From NCBI GenBank assembly GCA_039184865.1, contig JBCDAV010000014.1, positions 21,549-85,548 on the forward strand: 64,000 nt of DNA, read 5' to 3'. The notes beneath the pieces are model-generated. The model had not been told where the DNA came from, did not search any database, and saw only the letters and a list, made by a program, of their open reading frames with translations. Origin of the DNA: Pseudomonadota bacterium (GTDB taxonomy: Bacteria; Pseudomonadota; Alphaproteobacteria; Rhodobacterales; Rhodobacteraceae). Every line of letters begins with the position of its first letter. The first letter of the stretch is position 1. Positions 18,210-26,457 of the stretch are shown here, piece after piece. Made by a program: the position numbers and the translations under genes.

Positions 18210-18599
18210 TCACAGAAAGCGCGCCAGCACGTAGGCTGCGGCGGCGATATGGATCAGCGTGACAACGACCGAGACCGTGTGCAGCACGGCGAAGCGTTTC
18301 TTCCGGCCCGTGTCCGTCGCGTCATTGATCGCGGGCATCAGCACCTGCCGCGTCGGCGCCGTGGTGAGCGCGACGAGGCCGAGCAGGATCGCGGCCGTCG
18401 GGTCGGTCCGGAGCAGCAGCAGGGCCGCGACCGCCGAGGCGGCCATGACGAAGACGTAGAAATGCGGGAAGGCGCGCCGGATGGTCGGGCCGGCAACATC
18501 GGCCGGAAGCGCCGAGAAGACGAAGGCTGCAAAGCCGAACGAATAGAGCACCATGCCGCCGAACAGCAGGGCGGTCATCAGAAGCGCTGCGGTTTCCAT
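18210..18599 (-). CDS. Small membrane protein (DUF4149/TMEM205-like)
   Basis: Four hydrophobic helices; IRRAFPHFY and KKRFAVLHTVSV motifs; start overlaps the upstream gene's 3' end. Confidence 0.75.
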   Translation of the reverse strand: METAALLMTALLFGGMVLYSFGFAAFVFSALPADVAGPTIRRAFPHFYVFVMAASAVAALLLLRTDPTAAILLGLVALTTAPTRQVLMPAINDATDTGRKKRFAVLHTVSVVVTLIHIAAAAYVLARFL

Positions 18600-19456
18600 T
18601 CCTTTTCCTCCGGTTTCTCACGCGCGAGCCCTGTGCGGGCGACTGCGCCACTTGCGAGCCGCGGCAGAACGTAGGGCACGTTCGCCCGATAACGATGGAA
18701 GCGGTCGCCGTAGCGCTTGGCGAACCGGCGTTCCTTCAGTCGCGGCGCGAACAGGCAGTAGGCAGTGAAGCTCAGCGCAAGGGCAAGCTGGTCCGGCGTC
18801 CAGACCGGCACTGTCCACAAGGTCAGCGCGAAGGCGACGTAAATCGGCTGGCGGATGACCCGGAACAGGCCCTGAGTCGGCATGTCGGGAAAGACCGGGC
18901 GGATCCGCGCCAGCAGCGACATCCATCCGAGCGCGCCGGACTGGACCTCGGCACCGGCATCGAAGCTCGCCTTGGCCAGCAGCAGCCACGCCGCAGCGTA
19001 GAGACCGCAGATCAGCCAGAAAAATGCGCCCTCCGCCTGCCACCAGATCACGCCGGACGGCGTCCAGAGCGTGAAGAGTGCGAGAAGTTGCAGCGAGGCG
19101 ATGATCGCGTAGGTCGTCGTGGCAAGCGTCCGGCCGTGCGGGCCGGGTATCAGGCGCGACAGCAGGCGCCCGCCGCGACCGGTCAAAAGCCACGAATGCG
19201 CGAGCGGGAACTGCGCGATCAGCAGGGCGTTTGCCAGCACCGCCCAGGGCCATGGCACAGAACCCAGCCCCTCGCTCATGCCGAAGAACATCGCGGCAAT
19301 CATCGACAGGACCGCGAGCGCGAAGACGATGTGGCAGACCAGACCCATCGTCACCGCAAGAGCGATCCGACCAGTTCCGCGCGGAGCGCTGAGCAGGCCG
19401 TGTGCGAGGGTGATCAGCCGCGCGATCCGCGGGTCGTCTGCAAAGCTCAGACGCAT
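18578..19456 (-). CDS. ICMT-family membrane methyltransferase, MddA (methanethiol S-methyltransferase)-like
   Basis: Multi-TM; GLFRVIRQPIYVAF equivalent to the RHPxY motif; KERRFAKRYGDRFHRYRANVP tail. Start taken at MRLSFADDP (19456), overlapping the photolyase stop. Confidence 0.75.
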   Translation of the reverse strand: MRLSFADDPRIARLITLAHGLLSAPRGTGRIALAVTMGLVCHIVFALAVLSMIAAMFFGMSEGLGSVPWPWAVLANALLIAQFPLAHSWLLTGRGGRLLSRLIPGPHGRTLATTTYAIIASLQLLALFTLWTPSGVIWWQAEGAFFWLICGLYAAAWLLLAKASFDAGAEVQSGALGWMSLLARIRPVFPDMPTQGLFRVIRQPIYVAFALTLWTVPVWTPDQLALALSFTAYCLFAPRLKERRFAKRYGDRFHRYRANVPYVLPRLASGAVARTGLAREKPEEKEWKPQRF

Positions 19457-20664
19457 TCGAGCTCGTTCAGGATCTTCGGGATCTGCTGTTTGACCTTGAA
19501 GAAACCTGCCGTCGCGTGGCGCCAGATCGCCGTGTCCCAGTCGCGGCGCCACTCGCACAATGCGATCCCGGCGCGGCTCAACTCAGGCTTTGCGCGCTTC
19601 AGCCAGTCGTGGAGCGGTCCTTGCGGAAAGTAAGCCGTCGCGATCTGCTGCACGCCCGCGCGCTTGGCCCAGGCGACCAGATCTTTCGGCGACCCGGCCG
19701 TCATCGATTGGGCCGTGAGACCGAGCCGTCCTGCGGCGTCGGCCAGCGCCTCGGCCTCGAAGGATTTGACGTGGTCCGCGACGGTCCGCTCGGAGCGCAG
19801 ATGGCTCGCCGCAAGCGTGGCTGAAGCCCGGATATCGAACTCCGATGGACGGAAGGCTTCGAGGTGCAGATCCTCCTCGGTGATCAGCAACGCTGTCGGC
19901 AAGGTCAGATCGGGCGCTTGGATCTCGCGCACCGGCAAGGTCGGCGGCAGACCGGAAGGCTCGCTCGCGTCGAGTGAGACAGCGTCCGAGGCAAAGTCGG
20001 AGTCCCGGGGCGTGAAGCGCTGGCTGGTGAATTTCGCGATGTTCCAGGCCTTGGCCTCGTAGATCTTGCCGCGCGTGTGCAGTCCCGCGACCCAGCGCCA
20101 ACCCAACGTGTTCGAGGCGGAATCGCCGTCGAGCAGGTGGCGATGGAAGAAATCGGCGCCAGTCCGCCACGGCAGGCCGAGCGTGAAGATCCAGATCGAG
20201 GCGAACCACATCCGGGCGTGATTGTGCAGGTACCCCGTGTCGACCAGCTCCGCGACCCATGCGTCGAAGCACTCCAGACCGGTGGCGCCGCTCTCGGCTA
20301 TGTCGACGCGCTTGCGCAGGCGCCGGTCGCTTTCAATCGCGGCGAGGTCGGAAGCGAGCCCGTCGCGGTAGCTCGTCCAGACTTCCGGGCGCCGTTCGAG
20401 CCATCCCTTGAAATAGCCGCGCCAGAAGACCTCCTGCACGAATTTTTCGGCGCCATCCAAGCCGTGATGTTCGACGGCGGCCGCCGTGACTTCTTCCTCG
20501 GTGACAAGGCGGCGGCGGATATGGGGCGAGAGTTGCGACACGGCCTTGTGGCGCCCGGGCCCGTGATCATAGTTCCGCCCGGACGCATAGCGCCGCCCCA
20601 TGCGCGGGGCGAATTCCTCGATCATCTCCAGCGCGTGCTGGCGGGTCGCCGGTGTGAAATCCAT
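19447..20664 (-). CDS. Domain-inverted DNA photolyase (NewPHL type; FAD-binding domain N-terminal)
   Basis: VSQLSPHI, EKFVQEVFWRGYFKGWLE, GYLHNHARMWFASIWIF, HLLDGDSASNTLGWRWVAG all lie in the N-terminal half, followed by a shortened alpha/beta domain; 405 aa. Confidence 0.88.
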   Translation of the reverse strand: MDFTPATRQHALEMIEEFAPRMGRRYASGRNYDHGPGRHKAVSQLSPHIRRRLVTEEEVTAAAVEHHGLDGAEKFVQEVFWRGYFKGWLERRPEVWTSYRDGLASDLAAIESDRRLRKRVDIAESGATGLECFDAWVAELVDTGYLHNHARMWFASIWIFTLGLPWRTGADFFHRHLLDGDSASNTLGWRWVAGLHTRGKIYEAKAWNIAKFTSQRFTPRDSDFASDAVSLDASEPSGLPPTLPVREIQAPDLTLPTALLITEEDLHLEAFRPSEFDIRASATLAASHLRSERTVADHVKSFEAEALADAAGRLGLTAQSMTAGSPKDLVAWAKRAGVQQIATAYFPQGPLHDWLKRAKPELSRAGIALCEWRRDWDTAIWRHATAGFFKVKQQIPKILNELECV

Positions 20665-20966
20665 GGCTGCCTCGTCGTTGCGTCGCGGGGAAACTGGATC
20701 GGCAACGCCGCCTTTCCACGCCCTGCGTCAGCGTGCCGGGGCGGGGCGATTGCTGCGTCGGCAGGGACAAGCGTGCGCTGCAGACTGACTACGCAAACGA
20801 TCTTTTGTCGTGCAGATACTCATTGCGGCAGGACCGCTGGTTCAGGGTGCGTTATCCCGTATGCCGAGGCGGGAGATAATCACCTCCCATCAACAGGAAA
20901 TGACTTGAAAATCTCGCACCCGGCGCACCTTTCGGGTGAGTGTGCACTCAGATGGGAGCGCAAGGC

Positions 20967-21734
20967 ATGACCGCGAAGACTGTCCGACGACTTATCGCAA
21001 CAGCCGGTCTGATGGCTCTGTTGCCGATAACGGCAGCATCCGCCGCCGAGGACCTGCAGACGGAACAGGTCGGATACAGGGTCGCGCTCGCGGGCATCAA
21101 TGTCGCGGATCTCGATCTCCAGATCAGACGCTCAGGCGACCGGTATGACGTTCAGGCGCAGGGCAGCTACCGTGTCCTCTTCTGGAGCGGTGCATTGTCT
21201 AGCACGGTCAGCGGCAAGATCGTTCCGAACGGTTTGCAGCCCGACCGGTACAAGGTGTCGACCGAAAGTTCCTCACCGTCGACGACCGTGATCGAGTTTG
21301 AACCGGCACAGGGACCGACATCGTGGGAGCGGACGCCTGTCGCTCCGAGCGAGTGGACCGAGGGTCGTGTCCCGCTGGAGCGCGATCACCTGAAGCCCGC
21401 GCTCGACCCGATCAGCGCGATCGTGGTCTCCGCCCTGTGGTCAGCCAATGGTGCCACGCCGACGGTCTGCGAGGAGGCGATCCGGATCTTCACCGGGCTC
21501 ACGGTCTTCGAACTCGATTTCGACGGCGCTCAGCCCGATGGCTATGACCGGGTGATCTGCGATGTCACGTACCGGGCCTTGTCCGGTCACCGCGCCGAAA
21601 GCAGCGGCGTGAAGCGACTTTCCGGGCCGGGCACCATAGAAATCGCATTCGACCGCCTGCCGGGCGGGAACTGGTTCCCGGGCTATATCTCGCTTCCGAC
21701 AGGTGTCGGTAAGCTCACCATACAGCGATCCTGA
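20967..21734 (+). CDS. DUF3108-like secreted beta-rich protein
   Basis: Signal peptide; YRVALAGINVA, LDPISAIV, IFTGLTVFELDF pattern. Confidence 0.7.
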   Translation: MTAKTVRRLIATAGLMALLPITAASAAEDLQTEQVGYRVALAGINVADLDLQIRRSGDRYDVQAQGSYRVLFWSGALSSTVSGKIVPNGLQPDRYKVSTESSSPSTTVIEFEPAQGPTSWERTPVAPSEWTEGRVPLERDHLKPALDPISAIVVSALWSANGATPTVCEEAIRIFTGLTVFELDFDGAQPDGYDRVICDVTYRALSGHRAESSGVKRLSGPGTIEIAFDRLPGGNWFPGYISLPTGVGKLTIQRS

Positions 21735-22187
21735 AACGCCAGCACCCTTCCTCCCGCCTTCAGAAATCTCCGGTCACCGGCACCGTCCCACCCAGGCGTC
21801 TGAGCACGGTTGGTCCAATTCGCACGGCGAATTCTGGTTGCCAAAAATCTGTTTCGAGTCGCCCGATGGGCGTGCCTACGGCGCGGGCAAGGCCCAAACG
21901 TGACCGACTTCTGCCGACGTTAACCAAACACTGTCCGAAAAACGCACCTCTCAGCCTGCGCAAACACGCGTTCGGGATCGCTTAACCTTACCCGATGCGG
22001 CCACGCCTTGACGCGCCGGGTCGAAATCAGTGACTGTTCTTTGAGCAGGTGGGATGTCCAGCGAGGCATCTCATTGAAACAAGAGGCAGGTTCATCTCGG
22101 GGCCGCAAGAACGCGGCTTCCATACACGGCATTCCAATCGTGCGGCCAATAAGTCTCCTCGAGAGACGCAACACGGGAGGAAAAGCA

Positions 22188-24119
22188 ATGCGTGTGGTAA
22201 CTGTCCTAGGCCCCTCGCAGTCCGGCAAGACAGAGCTGACGGCGGCCTTGGCAGGTCTCGACGCCAGTCAGACCGGCCGAATGGAAGCATCCGGGGGCGT
22301 GGCGGCCCTGCAGGTGTTTTCCTATCTTGAAGACGACTGGGCGGCGATCGACATTGCCGGCGGGTCCGACAACATCGCCCAGGCCGGACCGGCGCTGGCT
22401 GCCAGCGACGCGGCCGTGCTCTGTGTCCCGCCCGAGGCGGACGCAGCCGTGCTCTGCGCGCCCTATCTGCGGCTCATCGAAGAAGCCGAAATCCCGTGTT
22501 TTCTGTTCATCAACCGCATGGATCAGGCCACCGAGCGGGTCCGCGACGTGGTCGCGGCACTCCAGAGCTTCTCGCAGCACAGCATTGTTCTGCGCCAGGT
22601 TCCGATGCGCGACGGCGGCACCGTGGTCGGCGCGGTCGATCTGATCTCGGAGCGCGCGTGGCGGTATCAGGATGGCCAGCCCTCCGCCCTCATCGAGATG
22701 CCCGAAGAAATCAAACCCCGCGAAAGCGAGGCGCGGTCCGAACTGCTCGACTCGCTCGCGGATTTCGACGACGCGCTGCTCGAACAGTTGATCGACGATC
22801 AGGAACCGCTGACCGGCGATCTCTATCAGACAGCGACGGAGGTTCTGCGCAGCAACAGCGTCATCCCGTGTTTCCTCGGATCTGCGGCGAACGGCAACGG
22901 CGTGACGCGGCTGATGAAATCACTGCGGCACGAAGCGCCGGAATACGAGGTCGCCCGCGAGCGGCTCGGCGGCGACGCCCTGGCTGTGAGCTGCCTCGCC
23001 GACAGTGCCAAGCATCTCGGCAAGTTCGTGGTTCTCCGCGCACTTGGCGACGGCGTCGCAAGCGGCTCTCACCTCGGCGGTCAGAATGTCAGCACGATGA
23101 CGGCAATCGACGCGAAGACACCCCAGCCGAGCCTGTCCGCCGGCAGCATCGGTCTGATCCTGAAGACGGATCATATCAGCGTCGGCGAAATCCTCGGCGC
23201 TGAAACATCGGAACCGCTGCCGGAATGGGCGGGTGCCCGGCCGCCGGTGTTGAAACAGATCGTGCGTCCGGTGCGCGAGCGCGACGAGGCCCGGCTGTCA
23301 TCCGCGCTTGGCCGAATGGGTGAAGTCGACCCCGGCCTGACCGTGGGACACGACGATCGCTCCGGCGAAACGTTGCTGGGGCTGCAAGGACAGCAGCATT
23401 GCCGGCGCGTCGTCGAGCGGCTTGCCGACGAGTTCGGGATCGAGACAGAACTGGCCAACGTCGTACCGGCGTTTCGGGAAACCATCACCAAGGAAACGAC
23501 GCTGCATCACAGACACCGCAAGCAGTCCGGCGGTGCAGGCCAGTTTGCGGATGTCGTCATGAAGATCCGCCCGAGGCCGCGCGGCGAAGGGCATCACTTC
23601 GACGAGGAGGTCAAGGGCGGTGCGGTCCCGCGCAAGTTCATTCCGGCCGTCGAAACTGGCGCGCGCGAAGCGCTCGAGGAAGGCCCGGGCGGGTTTCCGG
23701 TCGTCGATGTGGCGATCACACTGATGGACGGCAAACACCATGCCGTCGACAGTTCGGAGTTCGCCTTCAGAACGGCGGGACGGAACGGGGTCCGGGAGGC
23801 ATTGACCTCGCTGAGCACGCAGGCGCTTCAGCCGATCAACAGCGTTCACATCCACATCCCGTCGGTCTTTGTCGGAGCGCTCGTTCCGGTGATCAGCAGT
23901 CTCAGCGGACAGGTGCTCGGGTTTGACAGCCATCCGGAGGCGAAGGGATGGGATGTCTTCAACGCGCTGCTTCCAGCAGCGGCGGAGGAGGATCTTGCCC
24001 GGTCGCTCGGCCGGTTGTCGCGCGGCACGGGCTGGTACGAGTCGAGCTTCGACCATTATGAACCGTGCCGTTTCGAGGATACGACGGCGGCGACAGAGGA
24101 CGCGCGGGTCCACGCTTAG
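22188..24119 (+). CDS. Elongation factor G-like protein (EF-G paralogue, degenerate GTPase centre)
   Basis: GPSQSGKT (G1), DIAG (G3), NRMD (G4); domain IV motifs HRKQSGGAGQFADV, GGAVPRKFIPAV, DGKHHAVDSSEFAF; GGGAGG RBS before ATG 22188. Confidence 0.92.
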   Translation: MRVVTVLGPSQSGKTELTAALAGLDASQTGRMEASGGVAALQVFSYLEDDWAAIDIAGGSDNIAQAGPALAASDAAVLCVPPEADAAVLCAPYLRLIEEAEIPCFLFINRMDQATERVRDVVAALQSFSQHSIVLRQVPMRDGGTVVGAVDLISERAWRYQDGQPSALIEMPEEIKPRESEARSELLDSLADFDDALLEQLIDDQEPLTGDLYQTATEVLRSNSVIPCFLGSAANGNGVTRLMKSLRHEAPEYEVARERLGGDALAVSCLADSAKHLGKFVVLRALGDGVASGSHLGGQNVSTMTAIDAKTPQPSLSAGSIGLILKTDHISVGEILGAETSEPLPEWAGARPPVLKQIVRPVRERDEARLSSALGRMGEVDPGLTVGHDDRSGETLLGLQGQQHCRRVVERLADEFGIETELANVVPAFRETITKETTLHHRHRKQSGGAGQFADVVMKIRPRPRGEGHHFDEEVKGGAVPRKFIPAVETGAREALEEGPGGFPVVDVAITLMDGKHHAVDSSEFAFRTAGRNGVREALTSLSTQALQPINSVHIHIPSVFVGALVPVISSLSGQVLGFDSHPEAKGWDVFNALLPAAAEEDLARSLGRLSRGTGWYESSFDHYEPCRFEDTTAATEDARVHA

Positions 24120-24263
24120 CCCGCATTTTTGACGGTTTCAGACCGTCCGGGAATACAGCTTCATGGGCGGCGGGCTTCTCGCCTCCCTAAACTGTTTCAA
24201 CGGTAGAGAACCGGGCTGAAGCGTCGGGCCGTCGGCGTGTATCCGGTGTGAGGGCGTCCGGGT

Positions 24264-25514
24264 CTATTCGGCCGGTTCGACTGACAGGCTGCTCGGCAGG
24301 CTCACATGCTTGACGACCTCCGGCAGCGTGAAGACGTCGAGCTGCCGGTCGAGATCCGAAATGTCCACGCGCCCGCAGGCTTCCCAGTTCCCCGGTGCCG
24401 CCTCTGCGAACTTCTTCAGCGCGAGCACCGGTATTCCCGTGGACTTCGTGGCCGCCTCGACGCGCTGCACGGTGTTCACGATCTTGCCGATGCCCGAGAA
24501 CGCGAGCCGCGCCGGGACGCCGATATTTCCGTACATCACGTCGCCGATCGCCAGGCCGATCCCGAAATCGAGCGGCGCATTGCCGGGCGTTCCGGTCTCG
24601 ATTGCCTCTTCGCGCAAGCGCATCGCATCGCGTACCGCTTTCTCGGCCTTGGCCACCGCCCCCATCGGGCAGTCGGCCTCGATCGGAAAGATCGCGAGCA
24701 CGCCGTCGCCGATGAAGTTCAGAATCTCGCCGCCATGTTCGATCACGGGTCCGGCAGTACATTCGAAATAGCGGTTCAGGAGCGCGAGGTAGCTGTCGCC
24801 GTCCATCGTGTCGGACAGACGGGTCGAGCCGCGAAGGTCCGAGAACCAGACCACGGCGGGAATCCGCTCGCCGTCACCGCGCTTGATCTCGCCTGCCAGC
24901 ACCTTCCAGCCCGCCGTCGGTCCCAGATAGGCGTTGGCCAGGTTGGACATCACCCGCTTCTGGATCGCCGCGTGGACCGCGACCGCGAGGATCTTCTGGA
25001 TGTGCTTGAGTGCCGCGAGGTCGTCGTCGGTGAACCCGCCCTCGCGCATCGTCATCCAGCTCGTCATCATGCCGGTCGCACCGCCCGAGAAGTGCTCGAC
25101 CTCGGCGATTTTGAAGTTGGTCCGGGTCAGCAGGTAGTCCGTGTAACCCTGCTCGACGAACGAATCGAACACGTCGAAATCGAGCATCGCGTTCTCGCCG
25201 ACCAGCGTGCGCCGCAGGGTTTCAAGATTATTCGTCTGAGCATGATAGAAAGGGCTCTTCAGCCAGTGCTCGTTGCCGGCGGTCGAGTGATAGTATTGCT
25301 CAAGCTCGGCGCCCTTGTCGGGATACCAGAACACCTGCTCGGCCCGGAACAGCGGGTGCAGCACCGGCCAGCTCAGCGCGGTGCGATCCAGCGGAATGCC
25401 GATGGCCCGCAGGCGCTGGCAGAGTTTCTCGAACAGGATCAGGATGTCGGGGTCGATCAGCGCCTTGCCGAGCAACCAGTCCTCGATTTCAGCCGTCAGC
25501 GTCGAATGAGACAT
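24264..25514 (-). CDS. Class III nucleotide (adenylate/guanylate-type) cyclase with N-terminal sensory (GAF-like) domain
   Basis: WFSDLRGST and FIGDGVLAIF metal-binding Asp motifs; GDVMYGNIG; NTVQRVE transition-state motif. Confidence 0.9.
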   Translation of the reverse strand: MSHSTLTAEIEDWLLGKALIDPDILILFEKLCQRLRAIGIPLDRTALSWPVLHPLFRAEQVFWYPDKGAELEQYYHSTAGNEHWLKSPFYHAQTNNLETLRRTLVGENAMLDFDVFDSFVEQGYTDYLLTRTNFKIAEVEHFSGGATGMMTSWMTMREGGFTDDDLAALKHIQKILAVAVHAAIQKRVMSNLANAYLGPTAGWKVLAGEIKRGDGERIPAVVWFSDLRGSTRLSDTMDGDSYLALLNRYFECTAGPVIEHGGEILNFIGDGVLAIFPIEADCPMGAVAKAEKAVRDAMRLREEAIETGTPGNAPLDFGIGLAIGDVMYGNIGVPARLAFSGIGKIVNTVQRVEAATKSTGIPVLALKKFAEAAPGNWEACGRVDISDLDRQLDVFTLPEVVKHVSLPSSLSVEPAE

Positions 25515-25562
25515 CGACCCGATATAAGATCACTTGGAAGGCAGTCCAACCACCTAGATAAA

Positions 25563-26360
25563 TCAGGCTGCGAGCGTATCCTGTGACGGCGGGCCGATCT
25601 CTCCGAGTGGCGGCCCGGGGATGTGCACGCCGAAGATCTGGACACTGTTTGAAACCTTGGCGGCGATGTCGCGGGTGACCAGCGCGTTGAAAGCCTGGCG
25701 CAAGCGCGGCTGGCGCTCGAGCAGGTCCTGCAGTTCTTCGCGATCCCACGCAATGTAGCTGCCGCCGGACGGCAAGGATGCGGTGGCAGACGCCGGCCGG
25801 TCGAGCAGAAAACCGATCTCGCCGATGAACGTGTGGTCCGACACCTTGAAGTGATTGCCCGACTTTTCGATGTCGATCTGCCCGGTCAGAACAAAGAAGA
25901 GATGCTCGGCCCGGACGCCCTCCCGCGTCATCTCAAGCGGCTCGGAGCAGAAGATCATCTCTCCGGCCTTCATGAGTTGGCGGAACTGACCCGGCTCGAG
26001 CGTATCGAATTTCGCGAAGATCTCCCGGTCGGTCTTGGAGAAACCAATGGGAAACCGGCTGTAGATCAGCAGCACCAGACCGTGCGTCGTAGCGATACCG
26101 ATCAGGACCGAGCCGAAGATCGCGTCCCAGAGCGGCGTCGCCGTGTGGAAGTAGTAGTACAGGATGTACATGACGGTCCCGATCAGCACCAGCAGCCGCA
26201 GGACGATCTGGTTGCGGAACGCGAAGCCGAGCACGTAGGTCAGCGTGGCCGCGTGGACCAGAAGAGATGTTTCAAACAGATACTGCGTCATGACAGGCTC
26301 CCCGTCCGGTCTTTCGTTGGGCGCGACCTTGAGGGATTCGGCGATGCGGGACTGTGACAT
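25563..26360 (-). CDS. Membrane protein with cyclic-nucleotide-binding domain (Popeye-like)
   Basis: Three to four N-terminal TM segments (VLGFAFRNQIVLRLL...), then EMTREGVRAEHLFFVLTGQIDI and FIGEIGFLLDRPASATA CNBD motifs. Start 26360 or 26291. Confidence 0.85.
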   Translation of the reverse strand: MSQSRIAESLKVAPNERPDGEPVMTQYLFETSLLVHAATLTYVLGFAFRNQIVLRLLVLIGTVMYILYYYFHTATPLWDAIFGSVLIGIATTHGLVLLIYSRFPIGFSKTDREIFAKFDTLEPGQFRQLMKAGEMIFCSEPLEMTREGVRAEHLFFVLTGQIDIEKSGNHFKVSDHTFIGEIGFLLDRPASATASLPSGGSYIAWDREELQDLLERQPRLRQAFNALVTRDIAAKVSNSVQIFGVHIPGPPLGEIGPPSQDTLAA

Positions 26361-26457
26361 TCGTCTCACAGCCCCCTGAGATTTCGGAACAATTTACGTA
26401 TGCGGCGCTCGCGCCCGACTTCTGATCGCCGCCGCACTGCGCCGCGCGCTGGAAATC

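Noticed and set aside
20675-20702. RpoE (singlet-oxygen sigma)-like -35 (CGATCC) upstream of the photolyase on the - strand
   Set aside because: One mismatch at -35 and no CGTA-type -10 at the expected spacing.
20869-20950. Hairpins GGGAG-N8-CTCCC and CACC-TTTCG-GGTG upstream of the DUF3108-like gene, considered as a riboswitch
   Set aside because: No conserved core of glycine, c-di-GMP, TPP, cobalamin or SAM riboswitches; stems this short are expected by chance.
22008-22187. 60-aa N-terminal extension of the EF-G-like ORF; likewise the track extensions of the 5872, 38877, 46206, 50069 and 52912 ORFs
   Set aside because: Better starts with SD sequences lie at the family-typical N-termini; the extensions are open by chance.
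22188-24119. Calling this gene fusA or a TetM/TetO resistance gene
   Set aside because: It lacks DTPGH and RGITI, is not in the rpsL-rpsG-fusA-tuf context, and domain IV looks EF-G-like rather than Tet-like.
24264-26360. Calling the cyclase/CNBD pair a bona fide Pycsar system
   Set aside because: The cyclase has a long N-terminal sensory domain, the gene order is receptor then cyclase, and the neighbours are housekeeping genes. Kept only as an analogy.
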